Shown: positions 38,377-47,702 of the stretch, in pieces
Numbering within the stretch: position 1 is the first letter of the stretch
Layout: each line of letters begins with the position of its first letter
Source of the DNA: a virus
Taxonomy: Duplodnaviria; Caudoviricetes
IMG/VR virus record: IMGVR_UViG_3300025875_000025
Location: 1-60,297 of that record
Strand: one strand, 5' to 3'
DNA length: 60,297 bases
Notes under the pieces: model-generated
Database searches by the model: none
What the model saw: the letters and a program-made list of their open reading frames with translations, nothing else
Told to the model about the DNA's origin: nothing
Program-made: the position numbers and the translations under genes

Positions 38377-39351
38377 ATGAACCATCCGAACCTGAACCTG
38401 TCAGGCATTTATGCGATTACGCATTTACCGAGCGGGCTCTACTACGTCGGATCATCCATCAAGATTGCAAAACGATGGCGCGAGCATCAGTGCGCCTTGC
38501 GCAAGGGGACGCACCACGCTCCTCGCTTGCAAAAAGCATGGATCAAAGACGGGCAAGAATCGTTCGCACTGTCCGTGCTGGAGTATGTCGCCGACCTCAA
38601 CGCATTGATCTCGTGCGAACAAGCGTGGATTGACCGCCTTCGTCCTTGCGATCCCAAGAAGGGCTTCAACATGCTACCCTTCGCGGACAGCCCGAAGGGC
38701 CGAAAGCTATCGGCTGAGGCGCGCGCCAAGATGGCTGCGGCTAATCGAGGCCGTGTCGTTTCTGCGGAGACGCGCGAAAAGCTTCGTGCTGCAAACAAGG
38801 GCAGGAAGCGGTCGGCAGAGACACGAGCAAGAATGGCCGCGGCACAAAGCAAGATTCCTCGGTCAGCAGCTTCAATCGCAGGGATTCTGCGGTCCACAGA
38901 GGAGCGGAAGGGCCAGAAGCAAGACCCACGGACTGTGGCAAAACGCGCCGCCTCTAACCGAGGAAAGGTCAGGTCGGAGGAAGCGCGTCAGAAATTGGCC
39001 AAAAGGCGGAAGGGCTGTAAAGCTAGCGAAGAAACGCGAGCCAATCTGCGTTCTGCGTGGGAACGCAGGAAGATAAACCACCCCCCTATCTCGCACTCCG
39101 CCGACACCAAGCGGCGCATGAGCGAAGCGGCCAAAGGACGGAAGAAGAGTGAGGCTCATTGTGCCGCGTTGTCGGCAGCAGCACGCAGGAAGCCCCCGAT
39201 GAAAGCGGAAACGCGCGCCAAAATAGGGCTGGCAACAAGAATGCGAGTAAGGGCTCCAGTGCCTGAAGAGAGCAAATCTCGAATGCGCGCAGCGCAACAA
39301 GCCAGATGGGCGAGAACTAAGGCCCAGGACAGTCAACCATCACTCTTCTGA
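38377..39351 (+). CDS. GIY-YIG homing endonuclease with NUMOD3-type repeats, counter-oriented
   Basis: SGIYAI...YVGSS..RW..H; many S.E(T)RAKM repeats. Confidence 0.9.
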   Translation: MNHPNLNLSGIYAITHLPSGLYYVGSSIKIAKRWREHQCALRKGTHHAPRLQKAWIKDGQESFALSVLEYVADLNALISCEQAWIDRLRPCDPKKGFNMLPFADSPKGRKLSAEARAKMAAANRGRVVSAETREKLRAANKGRKRSAETRARMAAAQSKIPRSAASIAGILRSTEERKGQKQDPRTVAKRAASNRGKVRSEEARQKLAKRRKGCKASEETRANLRSAWERRKINHPPISHSADTKRRMSEAAKGRKKSEAHCAALSAAARRKPPMKAETRAKIGLATRMRVRAPVPEESKSRMRAAQQARWARTKAQDSQPSLF

Positions 39352-39897
39352 TCTGAGAGTAATGATGAGGTTGATTCTTTCTGTCTGCCCCCGGTTGTAA
39401 ACCGCGTGCGTGCTCAAGTTGTCAAAGAGCGTTACAGACCCCGGAGGAAGCACGATCTGCTCATCTTCCGTCACGTTCAAGCAATCCGGGTTGCTATCCA
39501 GAATGCAATAAAATTTGCGATTGTAGAAATTGGCGCTCCACGCGGCGCCGTCGCTGTGCGGCTTCACAACGCCGCCTGGAGGGAGCCGCGAAATCAGACA
39601 ACCACCCAGCTCAACGCCTCGGAACATGCCCATCAGAGTGAAGACGACGGGCTGAATTGACGGCAAGCGAAACCAAGCCGGATAAAAGACGCATCTACCC
39701 TCTTTAAGATAGGCGGCCGGCTCGGTGAGCGTTTCACGCGGAAAATAGCGAATCCAAATATCGGAAGTCCCAGCCATGACGCCATCGGCGGCAGATGTCC
39801 GGTCCTTGTGGGCGTCCCAAAGGTCAGGACTTGCGGCCAACTCTGCGTTGATGGCCGATGTGTCTAGCCCTTCATGGATCGTGCGGAAATACTTCAT
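39340..39897 (-). CDS. Aspartyl/asparaginyl beta-hydroxylase-like Fe(II)/2OG oxygenase
   Basis: RLPPGGVVKPHSD...FDNLSTHAVYN...RINLII. Confidence 0.8.
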   Translation of the reverse strand: MKYFRTIHEGLDTSAINAELAASPDLWDAHKDRTSAADGVMAGTSDIWIRYFPRETLTEPAAYLKEGRCVFYPAWFRLPSIQPVVFTLMGMFRGVELGGCLISRLPPGGVVKPHSDGAAWSANFYNRKFYCILDSNPDCLNVTEDEQIVLPPGSVTLFDNLSTHAVYNRGQTERINLIITLRSEE

Positions 39898-40235
39898 GGC
39901 TGGTCAGCCCGAATATGCCACCAAAACGCCCCGGCCGGCTCGACATTGGGAATGAAGAACAGCGCCCCGCCGTCCCCGGTCCCGTAGTCGTAGCCGATCT
40001 TCTCAAACAGGCCGGGATAGTCCTTCACCGGCAGGGAGCGGCCATCCGCCGGCAGGTAGCCCGGCACCGGCTTGTTGTGCGCCACCTGGAGCCAGGAGCC
40101 GTACTCGCTCACCGCCCGCAGGCCGCCCATCTGCCGCGTCGCGCTGTCGAAATACTTCGTCCAGGCCGGGGTCGGCGTGCCGTCGCTGCGGCTCAGCGGC
40201 TCCGTGACGGGGGGCTTCGGCGCGGGGCTGGTCAT
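39894..40235 (-). CDS. Tail-collar domain protein
   Basis: PGYLPADG....DYPGLFEKIG..YGTGDG..FFIPN. Confidence 0.75.
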   Translation of the reverse strand: MTSPAPKPPVTEPLSRSDGTPTPAWTKYFDSATRQMGGLRAVSEYGSWLQVAHNKPVPGYLPADGRSLPVKDYPGLFEKIGYDYGTGDGGALFFIPNVEPAGAFWWHIRADQP

Positions 40236-40450
40236 GTGCGCGTCGCTTCTCCGCTGGCCTTTTCGCGATCGTCAGCCCAGCGCGCACCGACCATGCCGAA
40301 TTCATAGCCCATGAACGCTGCGGCCGAGGCCATCAGGGCAGCAGGCCAGGGGAGAATGGTCCAAACCATCGCTAGGATCAGCAGAAATGATCCGGCTGCG
40401 GCTGCGACCACCCAGCCCTTCGTAATCCCTTGGTTTGTCTTCGTGCTCAT
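40232..40450 (-). CDS. Small membrane protein
   Basis: Two hydrophobic helices. Confidence 0.55.
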   Translation of the reverse strand: MSTKTNQGITKGWVVAAAAGSFLLILAMVWTILPWPAALMASAAAFMGYEFGMVGARWADDREKASGEATRT

Positions 40451-41850
40451 GCGTCACCCGTCAGAATCTCGGCGTCCGCGGCGTAGAAGGTGGCGATATC
40501 ATCCACCCGCACCCGCATGACGCGCTGTCGGAAGGAGCCCAGACGCGTGGCGAACACCCGCCGCCCATGCTCGCCCGAACCGCCCGTGTAGAGAGTGCGT
40601 GCCGGCTTGAAGTCGTGGCCGCCGTTGTCGGACCAGTCGAGGGTCAGGTTGGGCGCGAAGGCCAGCGTGCCGGCGTCCATCTCGACCTCGAAGCGGCTCA
40701 TGAAGGCCCGCTTCGTGTCAGCCCAGAGCGGCGGAAAGCACGCGATCCGGCGCAGGGTCACGCCCGCATCCGTCCGTGTCTCCGGGTCCAGCGCCCAAAC
40801 CACCGAGGTGTTGCCGTCGCCGAAGATGGCCGTCCCGCCGAACTGCGCCGAGCAATCGGCCCGCCAGCGCCCGGCAGCGCCCGCCCCGCTCGCCCGGCGG
40901 TGCCAGAGCTTCGTGGAGGCGTCATAGACCCAGGTGCGCCCCTGCGAGCCGTCGGGGAGCGCAAACGAGAGGCTGTAGAAGGCGTGCCCCTCCTGCACGT
41001 AGGAGAGGGCTGTCGCGTTCCCGATCTGCCCGAAATCGCGTATCCACTCCTCGATCGCGTGGGTGCTGATCCGCCGGGCCGAGTAGCCGTCCGACTGGTA
41101 GATGATGCCGTTGGTGCCGAGCCACATGAGGCTGTTGTCGCACTCGGCCACCGTCGCGCCGGCCGCGCAGCCATAGGCAATGTCACCGCCAGACGCGCGG
41201 GCGAAGGGCGATGCGGCATCCCCCGTCGTGTCCCAGACCTCCACCGCGCTATCCCCGAACAGCCAAATGGCGCCGCGATGGGTGATCACCCGCTTGAGGA
41301 CGTTGGGCCGGCTGTCGGCGGAGGCGAAGGAGAGTCCGTCATAGACATCGCCGTTCAGCAGGTCGGACCAGAAGAACTGGTCGCTGCCGGACGTGGCCCG
41401 GGTGAACACCCAGTAGCCATCCAGATAGGCGACGCTGGACGCCCCGTCCGGGAACTGAAGATCCACCTCGTGCAGCGTGTCATCGAGATTGTGGCTGGCG
41501 ATGAAGGCCCGCGGCGGGGTGCAGACGATGACGGCGGTTGGGCCGACGGCGATGGTCGGGCGTCCTGCCGCGCCAACCGTGCCGATGGAAACCGCCCCGC
41601 CCTCGCTCGTGTAGCGGATGAACTGGTCCCCCGCGACGGCGTAGAGGCGGCCGGGCTGGGTGGCGTCGAGCGCCCGGATGCCGCCCGCCGTGAAGTCGAA
41701 CAGCATGGTCAGGCCCGGCGTGGACTTTAGCAGAGCCGGGCTGCGCGAACCCTGCGGCAGCGGCTGGATGTAGAGGTTGACGAGATCCTGGGCGCTGGCC
41801 GGCAGGGTGTCCAGTTCGTAGGTCTGCGTCGGGATCTGGATGCGCGGCAT
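40447..41850 (-). CDS. P22 gp10-like DNA stabilization/tail hub protein
   Basis: 467 aa; TPGL, YLDGYWVF, FASADSRP, RISTHAIE, RLGSFRQR. Confidence 0.85.
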   Translation of the reverse strand: MPRIQIPTQTYELDTLPASAQDLVNLYIQPLPQGSRSPALLKSTPGLTMLFDFTAGGIRALDATQPGRLYAVAGDQFIRYTSEGGAVSIGTVGAAGRPTIAVGPTAVIVCTPPRAFIASHNLDDTLHEVDLQFPDGASSVAYLDGYWVFTRATSGSDQFFWSDLLNGDVYDGLSFASADSRPNVLKRVITHRGAIWLFGDSAVEVWDTTGDAASPFARASGGDIAYGCAAGATVAECDNSLMWLGTNGIIYQSDGYSARRISTHAIEEWIRDFGQIGNATALSYVQEGHAFYSLSFALPDGSQGRTWVYDASTKLWHRRASGAGAAGRWRADCSAQFGGTAIFGDGNTSVVWALDPETRTDAGVTLRRIACFPPLWADTKRAFMSRFEVEMDAGTLAFAPNLTLDWSDNGGHDFKPARTLYTGGSGEHGRRVFATRLGSFRQRVMRVRVDDIATFYAADAEILTGDA

Positions 41851-42094
41851 TCAATCGCTTCCTTGCAATTCCATAGCAGGCGACATGAAATGCGGAACCA
41901 AATTCACCTCGTCAGCAAAGGCAGCGAGATATGGACGACGCATCTGAACTTCTGCTTCAGACCATCCGGGACAGCATCGCTTCTCATCTAGAGAAGGCCG
42001 CCGACGATCCCGAAGTGGCGCAGATGAGCGGCCCGGCAGCACTGCGGATGTTGGCCGCCGCACTACGCCAAGCGCATGAACTGGGCCTTCGAGC

Positions 42095-43981
42095 CTAGCC
42101 CTCCAGCGACGCCACCCGCGCCTTAAGTTGCTGGATTTCCTCTGCATAATCCGCAAGAAGCGCCCGCTGCCGCCGCGCCTGATCCCATACGACCGGCAGC
42201 AGTTCATCCGGCCGCAGCATCTCCTTGCCTTCCTCAGTCAGCACATAAGCGCCGCAGTCCATCCCGTAGGCGTCGGCCGCGGCCTTCACCTCGTGCGCGG
42301 CAAAGCCCCAATGCGTCCGGATGCCCTCGCGGACGATCACGCTGCCGTCCGGCGCCTGGGTCTGCCCGCCGACCTTCATGCGGTAGGTGATCGGCTGAAC
42401 GGCGTCGATGAAGGCCCCGGAGTCCGGAAGAGGCGCGATGTCGAGCTTGTCGGCCACGCCCGAGGTCTGCGACAGGCCATTCGCCGCGAAGATGCCGGAG
42501 AAGCGGAGCGCGCCCGTGCCGAGCAGGTAGGCGTTGTCCACCGTCGGCACCAGCGGGCTGGCAACCTGCTGAGCGGAGAAGGTGGTCAGCACGCCACCGT
42601 TGACGTTGCCGCTCTGGAAGCAGGTCCCGGCCACGGAGGGGTCGATGGACACGCCGTAATGGCAGTAGTTGTTGGCGCTGACCTCCCAACCATTGCCGCC
42701 GCCACCCAGGGTGTTCCCGGCGACGTAGACCGCATGGGACTGGTTCCCGACCCACACGCCCGAGGCCATGGTGAGGTCGCCGCCCGCCGGGGTGACGCCG
42801 CGCGCGTTGTAGGCGCTGATCGTGTTGCCCGAGACGACGGCGCCGCGCACCGCGTGGAGGCGGATCGGGGCACCGACATGGGCGAAGAAGGTGTTGCCGG
42901 TGACGGTCAGGGAGCAGACGTTCGGGTAAATCGCGGCCCCGACCGTCGGAGGCGTGGCGTAGATGCCGTGGATCGTCCCGTACTCGCCGTTGAAGGTGCA
43001 GTTCGAGATGCTGACACCGAGGGTGAACAACCCCGGCGCGTTTGCCGCGAACTGGACATGCGTGCCGCCCTGCGCCGGCATCCCCACGTCATCGAAGAAG
43101 CAGTTTGAGATCTGCACGTCCGCGATGAAGGCGCGGGGGCCACGGGGCTCGATGTGGACGAGGTTGGCCGCGTTGCGCCCGATATAGGTGTTGGTGATCA
43201 CCAACCCTTCGCAGGCATGCACGTCGATCCCGACCAGCCGGCCGATGTTGGTGTCCACCTCCGCCGTGACGCTGTTGCCGCCGCCGTCGGTCCAGGCGAA
43301 GTTCGCCTTCGGCCCCAGCCGCCCGGAGAAATAGCAGCAGTCGATCATCGCCAGTTCGCTGCGCCGGGTCGTGCCCGTATACGCAACGTCGGCCATGCCC
43401 TCCTGCTGGGTGGCATCGGCGTCGTTCCAGAGGCCGAAGGTCCACACGTCGCGGAGGCGGCTGTGATAGGTGCCGTCCACCACGATCCCATAGGGCATGC
43501 GGAAGGCCCGGAGCCGCTCGACCGTGACCTCTTGGCAGTTGATGAAGCGGATATGCGCCGAGCCGTCCGTCAGGAGATGGGGCAGCGGCCCCACGGGGAT
43601 GGAGAAGTTGTCAGGCGCGTGCCAGAGCCAGAGGTCGGTGATGGTGGAGCAGCCACCCTCCTGGCGGATCGTGTCGCCATAGGCGCCGTCGCGCACCAGC
43701 CGCGTGTGGGACTGGCTCTGCCCGCGCAGGATCACGCCGTCCTTCATGACGATGGTGCTGGCGACGTACCAGTCGCCGGCCCTGATCCGCACCTCACCGC
43801 CGCCACGCTCAACGGCCAGGTCGATGGCCGCCTGGATGGCCGGCGCCTTGTCCTGCATGCCCGGCGTGATGAAGTTGTGCGCCCAGACCGTGAAGGAGAT
43901 GTGGTCGGCGGCCTTGGTGAAGGCGCCTGTCAGCTCCTCGGAGGTGAGAACTTCGTCGGGCTGGAATGTCGGCAGCGGCAT
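42095..43981 (-). CDS. Beta-helix tailspike with S74 intramolecular chaperone
   Basis: AIQAAID..GGGEV, GNT repeats; C-terminal QTS...K.DI, YR, HWGFAAHEV, LRPDELL and coiled coil. Confidence 0.85.
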   Translation of the reverse strand: MPLPTFQPDEVLTSEELTGAFTKAADHISFTVWAHNFITPGMQDKAPAIQAAIDLAVERGGGEVRIRAGDWYVASTIVMKDGVILRGQSQSHTRLVRDGAYGDTIRQEGGCSTITDLWLWHAPDNFSIPVGPLPHLLTDGSAHIRFINCQEVTVERLRAFRMPYGIVVDGTYHSRLRDVWTFGLWNDADATQQEGMADVAYTGTTRRSELAMIDCCYFSGRLGPKANFAWTDGGGNSVTAEVDTNIGRLVGIDVHACEGLVITNTYIGRNAANLVHIEPRGPRAFIADVQISNCFFDDVGMPAQGGTHVQFAANAPGLFTLGVSISNCTFNGEYGTIHGIYATPPTVGAAIYPNVCSLTVTGNTFFAHVGAPIRLHAVRGAVVSGNTISAYNARGVTPAGGDLTMASGVWVGNQSHAVYVAGNTLGGGGNGWEVSANNYCHYGVSIDPSVAGTCFQSGNVNGGVLTTFSAQQVASPLVPTVDNAYLLGTGALRFSGIFAANGLSQTSGVADKLDIAPLPDSGAFIDAVQPITYRMKVGGQTQAPDGSVIVREGIRTHWGFAAHEVKAAADAYGMDCGAYVLTEEGKEMLRPDELLPVVWDQARRQRALLADYAEEIQQLKARVASLEG

Positions 43982-44061
43982 GTGTCAGCCCTCCGTGGCG
44001 CGAGAAGTTGAGTGGGTGGCGATGGATGCGATGTTGTTTGCTGTGTGTGGCGCGTTAGAAT

Positions 44062-44118
44062 CAGCGGGCTGCGGGAGGTGACACCGATCCGCCCTCACTA
44101 CGGTGAGGCCCGCAGCGC
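44062..44118 (+). ncRNA. Structured RNA/leader 1
   Basis: Follows TAGAAT; GCTGCGGG/CCCGCAGC closing stem; CCTCAC-TACG-GTGAGG hairpin. Confidence 0.4.
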
Positions 44119-44150
44119 CAATCGAACGTCCCTAGACGGAGAGCCACGCC

Positions 44151-44474
44151 ATGAGCGGCACCAAGAAGCACTACATCCTTCAGCTTTCGCCTTGGGCGCA
44201 GCGGGATTTTTGCGACCTCGTCGCGAGCCATCTGCCCAGCGACTGGAAGGTGAAGTTCATGGAACTAGACCACGGAGCGTCACTGGGTGTTGGAATAATC
44301 CTACCCAGCGGCCACCGTCATGCCGTGGTTATCAATAGCGTTATTGAACTCGCAGCCGATCCAGAGCGGGCTGCTTTGAATTTTGCTGCGCCGCTTCGCG
44401 TCTGGGGCGAGGTTAAGCTTGAGTGCCTCGCGGCTATGGGAGACGCTTGCTCAGCGGCTCCAATTTCGTGCTAG
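44151..44474 (+). CDS. Moron, hypothetical protein
   Basis: GGAG RBS; counter-oriented. Confidence 0.6.
   Translation: MSGTKKHYILQLSPWAQRDFCDLVASHLPSDWKVKFMELDHGASLGVGIILPSGHRHAVVINSVIELAADPERAALNFAAPLRVWGEVKLECLAAMGDACSAAPISC
44430..44473. repeat. 44-bp exact direct repeat, copy 1
   Basis: GCGGCTATGGGAGACGCTTGCTCAGCGGCTCCAATTTCGTGCTA, also at 50324-50367. Confidence 0.95.
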
Positions 44475-44477
44475 AAT

Positions 44478-44587
44478 CTGCGGGCTGCGGCGGTAGCGCG
44501 CAGGACGGGCGGTGTGCTGCTTGCCCCTGCAATCCGCGAGGAACAACGCACACGTCCTGGCCGCCTCGCGAATGCGGCCCGCAGCAC
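44478..44587 (+). ncRNA. Rod-like structured RNA 2
   Basis: Nested stems CTGCGGGC/GCCCGCAG, CAGGAC/GTCCTG, GTGTGC/GCACAC after TGCTAGAAT. Confidence 0.5.
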
Positions 44588-45100
44588 TTACCCTATGTAG
44601 GCAAATTCTTGAGCGTCGATCGGCACACCGCCCACGATCTTCGCCGGCAGCACATCCGGCCCATCCAGCACCGACTGATCTAACGTGAACAGCCCCGGCT
44701 CCAGCACGTCGCCCGGCCCATTCATCACCTCCAGCACGCCGACCGACAGGGCCGAACTGCGCGACAGGATGGCGATGCCGTAGCGCCCGCAGAGGCCGAC
44801 GCTGGACCGCCCCGAGAGCCGCAGCCGGGCGCTGCCGTCGGTCGCGGTCGAGCCCTTGTAGAGCCGCAGGTCGCGCAGCCTCGGCAGCCCGCCCCAGCCG
44901 CAGCGGCAGTCGATGTTCGCCCGCTCCGGCCAGATGGCGAGGCGCATGGAGTGGGAGACGTTCTCGGCGCCGGCCGCGTCCTCGCTCAGCAGCGTGACCT
45001 TGAGGCGGAGGTCTTCGCCCTGAAGGATGCGGAAGTCGCGGCGGGGGATGCGGGCGGGGTTGCGGTGGCCGAGGGCCATGGAGAGGGTGTGGGTGGGCAT
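44588..45100 (-). CDS. Virion structural protein (hypothetical)
   Basis: In the late operon; FTLDQSVLDGPDVL. Confidence 0.6.
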   Translation of the reverse strand: MPTHTLSMALGHRNPARIPRRDFRILQGEDLRLKVTLLSEDAAGAENVSHSMRLAIWPERANIDCRCGWGGLPRLRDLRLYKGSTATDGSARLRLSGRSSVGLCGRYGIAILSRSSALSVGVLEVMNGPGDVLEPGLFTLDQSVLDGPDVLPAKIVGGVPIDAQEFAYIG

Positions 45101-45102
45101 GG

Positions 45103-46362
45103 CTAGAAATACTCCGCCCGAACCCGTTCCCCGCTCGACGGCAGGGCGATGACACGGGCCAGCATCCTCTCCGCCTCGACCACATCCAGCGGGTTCGGCT
45201 GAACGCCAGCCTCAGGCGCCATGCGGTAGGCGGCGAGGAGGACGTACACGTGATCCACGGTGTCCGGCCGATCCACCATGCTCCACCGCACCTTGCCGCG
45301 TGCGTCGAGGTCGGCATGCACGCCCCAAAGGTGTTCCTCGGCAATGGCCTGACCCAGCGGCCCGGCGAGCACCTGGCGCCGGATCTGCACCATCGCGTCG
45401 GCCTTGGCGGCGGGGTCCGGCGCCTTGCCGAAGTCACCCGCGATGGCCTGCACCGCGAGCGTCTGAAGCTGTTCCGCAACGCCCGCCGGGATGGCAGTGA
45501 GCCCCCAGGACGCGAACCCGGCGGCCTGCAACTCGGCATAGGCGCTCTTGACCGCATCGACGGCCCGCTCCTCAGCGCCGCGGATCACCGCCGCCTGCCG
45601 GATGCGCGCCTCGGCCGCGTCGGCGGTCGCTGCATCCAGGGGCTGCCCGAAGGTCGGGGCGATGCGCGCCATGGACAGCAGCACCACGTCATCGAACACG
45701 GTGTCCGGGATGAAGTTGTCCAGCCACCACGCGAGCCCGCGCGCGGTGAGGGAGGCGTTGACGGCCGACACATGGCGTTCGGCGATGGCCTGCCCGTTCT
45801 CCCCGGACATGGCGAGGGTGCGTACTTCCTTCCGCGCCCACTCGAAGCCCGCGACGTCCACCGGCCGGCCGAAGCTGGAGGCCACCATGAAGGTGGCCAT
45901 CACCGCGTACAGCTCGGCCATGTAGCGCGGGATCGTCGTCTCGCTGAACGGCACCAGCCCATCCGCCTGCATCTGGGCGTGGATGGCCTGGACTTGCTTC
46001 CCGGCAAGGTCGCGGTCGTCGGCCGTGGGCTCCTCATCGGAGGCGATCACCCCCAGCCGCACCAGCACCCGGTCCGCGATCTCCGTGATCGAGACGGGTC
46101 CCGCGTCGATGCTCGTGACCGGGGAGAGGTTGATGCCGAAGCGTTGCAGCACGGCCTTCGCGGCATCGGCGCGGGACTTGGTAAGGCCCGTGCCCTGCCG
46201 CTCGCTCCCGGCGACCGGGATGCCGAAGCTACGCAGCGCGCGGGCGGCCACCGTCTCCACGGACACGACAGGCAGCGTTGCGCCACGGTCGGCGCCACCC
46301 ACTAGGGTGATGCCAAGGCGGCGGAGGAGGCGGACTGCGAGGTCGGAGACGGATGCGGTCAT
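45103..46362 (-). CDS. P22 gp4-like head-tail adaptor with four internal repeats
   Basis: 4x LxRLG helix then 4x body repeat; ends AEYF; between capsid and gp10. Confidence 0.7.
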   Translation of the reverse strand: MTASVSDLAVRLLRRLGITLVGGADRGATLPVVSVETVAARALRSFGIPVAGSERQGTGLTKSRADAAKAVLQRFGINLSPVTSIDAGPVSITEIADRVLVRLGVIASDEEPTADDRDLAGKQVQAIHAQMQADGLVPFSETTIPRYMAELYAVMATFMVASSFGRPVDVAGFEWARKEVRTLAMSGENGQAIAERHVSAVNASLTARGLAWWLDNFIPDTVFDDVVLLSMARIAPTFGQPLDAATADAAEARIRQAAVIRGAEERAVDAVKSAYAELQAAGFASWGLTAIPAGVAEQLQTLAVQAIAGDFGKAPDPAAKADAMVQIRRQVLAGPLGQAIAEEHLWGVHADLDARGKVRWSMVDRPDTVDHVYVLLAAYRMAPEAGVQPNPLDVVEAERMLARVIALPSSGERVRAEYF

Positions 46363-46425
46363 GCAGGACGCCTCCTAGCGCGGGGAGTTGATTGGATGGG
46401 GACGCGGGGCGCGGTAGAATCGCGC

Positions 46426-46716
46426 ATGACCGAAGATCAGAAAGCGGATGCAGACGCGGCAAAGCAGGCTTTCTGCCGAGGCTTTGCTGCCGGCGCGCGG
46501 AAAGAGCACGCCTTAGCTGCCGACTGCGTTCAAAAACGACTAGCAAAGATGCCGGAGGCAGAACGGGCTGACATGCTAGATGCCCTCTTCGCGTTAGGGC
46601 TGGACGATTTGGCCGACCCTGATAGCGGCCCCGTTTCATGGGACGAGGATGCTGTCGAGGCTTATGAACAGGCCCTAGCGGCAGCAGGGACGGCCGTAAC
46701 CGCCCCCGCTCCGTAG
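46426..46716 (+). CDS. Leaderless moron
   Basis: TAGAAT-CGCGC-ATG. Confidence 0.65.
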   Translation: MTEDQKADADAAKQAFCRGFAAGARKEHALAADCVQKRLAKMPEAERADMLDALFALGLDDLADPDSGPVSWDEDAVEAYEQALAAAGTAVTAPAP

Positions 46717-46717
46717 T

Positions 46718-47119
46718 TCAGCCCTTCGGCTTCGGACCGGGCTTGGCGCGCGTCTTCTCCGGCTCGGGGCTCGGCGTCATGACCGTGCCACCCTCGCCGT
46801 CGGCAGCCTGCGCGGCGGCGCGGGCCTCCTCGTCATCGACCTGCACCAGACGCTCCGCCGGCTTGCCCGTCGGGGTGTCCTGCTCATCGGCATTCACGTC
46901 GTCCGGCTGGCGCTCGCCGGTTACGGTGGTGCCGTCGGCGCTGTAGCCGTCAGCCACGATGCCACGGGCCTCCAGGGCACGCTTCGCGGCCGTGTTGTCC
47001 TCCAGCGAGCCAGCCAGGGCGCCACGGGCGGCAGCGCGGGCCTCGCCCGTCAGGCGGACCTGGGCGCCGTGCTCGGGCTTGTCGGGGGAGGAGACGGTGA
47101 TCTTGTCGTCGTCAGGCAT
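46718..47119 (-). CDS. Hypothetical protein after capsid
   Basis: Disordered; C-terminal KPGPKPK. Confidence 0.6.
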   Translation of the reverse strand: MPDDDKITVSSPDKPEHGAQVRLTGEARAAARGALAGSLEDNTAAKRALEARGIVADGYSADGTTVTGERQPDDVNADEQDTPTGKPAERLVQVDDEEARAAAQAADGEGGTVMTPSPEPEKTRAKPGPKPKG

Positions 47120-47678
47120 AGGTTTCGCCCTCCTGGGCATCGGGCGGCTCTGCGGCCGTCATGGGTTGCGTGAGGTACGATGCCTTGGGTGGACGGCCAG
47201 GCCCCCGGCGAACCGGCGGCGGGGTGTCGTTGACCACCTCATCAGGCGCCGTGACCGAGGCGGGCTCAGTCACCACGAAGAAGCGGTTCTTCCGAAAGAG
47301 AACCAGCGCATCCGGATCTGACACGGGGGTTGGAACATGACGGATGAACCGATGCCCCATCCACTCCATGCGATCCGGCGTCGATTGCGGGTCCATGAGG
47401 TTGCCCACATAGGTCACTGACGAAGCCCCGGTGAAATCCACCGCGACCTCCTCAATGATCTCATTAAAGCGAACATCCATGGCCGCAGGCGACAGCACCT
47501 CCAGAGGCAGCGTGGGCATCTGGACCAGCCAATAGCCAACGGGGGGCGGGTCCTTCGCGACAACCTGGGCAAACGCCAGAGGAACGTCAGTCGGGTTGCC
47601 CGTCCACTCATAGGCTTCAGCAGTCAGAGGCTGCGTCCGGAAGCGAGGCATTGGCTCTCCATTGGAAGTGGCCATCAA
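47112..47678 (-). CDS. Hypothetical protein after capsid
   Basis: NRFF and RRGPGRPPK motifs. Confidence 0.6.
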   Translation of the reverse strand: MMATSNGEPMPRFRTQPLTAEAYEWTGNPTDVPLAFAQVVAKDPPPVGYWLVQMPTLPLEVLSPAAMDVRFNEIIEEVAVDFTGASSVTYVGNLMDPQSTPDRMEWMGHRFIRHVPTPVSDPDALVLFRKNRFFVVTEPASVTAPDEVVNDTPPPVRRGPGRPPKASYLTQPMTAAEPPDAQEGETYA

Positions 47679-47702
47679 GCGGTTGCCTGATGGCCGTTAC
47701 GG

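Noticed and set aside
38377-39351. Group I introns around the GIY-YIG or HNH genes
   Set aside because: Both are intergenic on the opposite strand, flanking genes are intact, and there is no room for a ribozyme core.
41851-42094. Gene between gp10 and tailspike
   Set aside because: ORF is open to a TGA-ATG junction but has no convincing start or motif; possibly a remnant.
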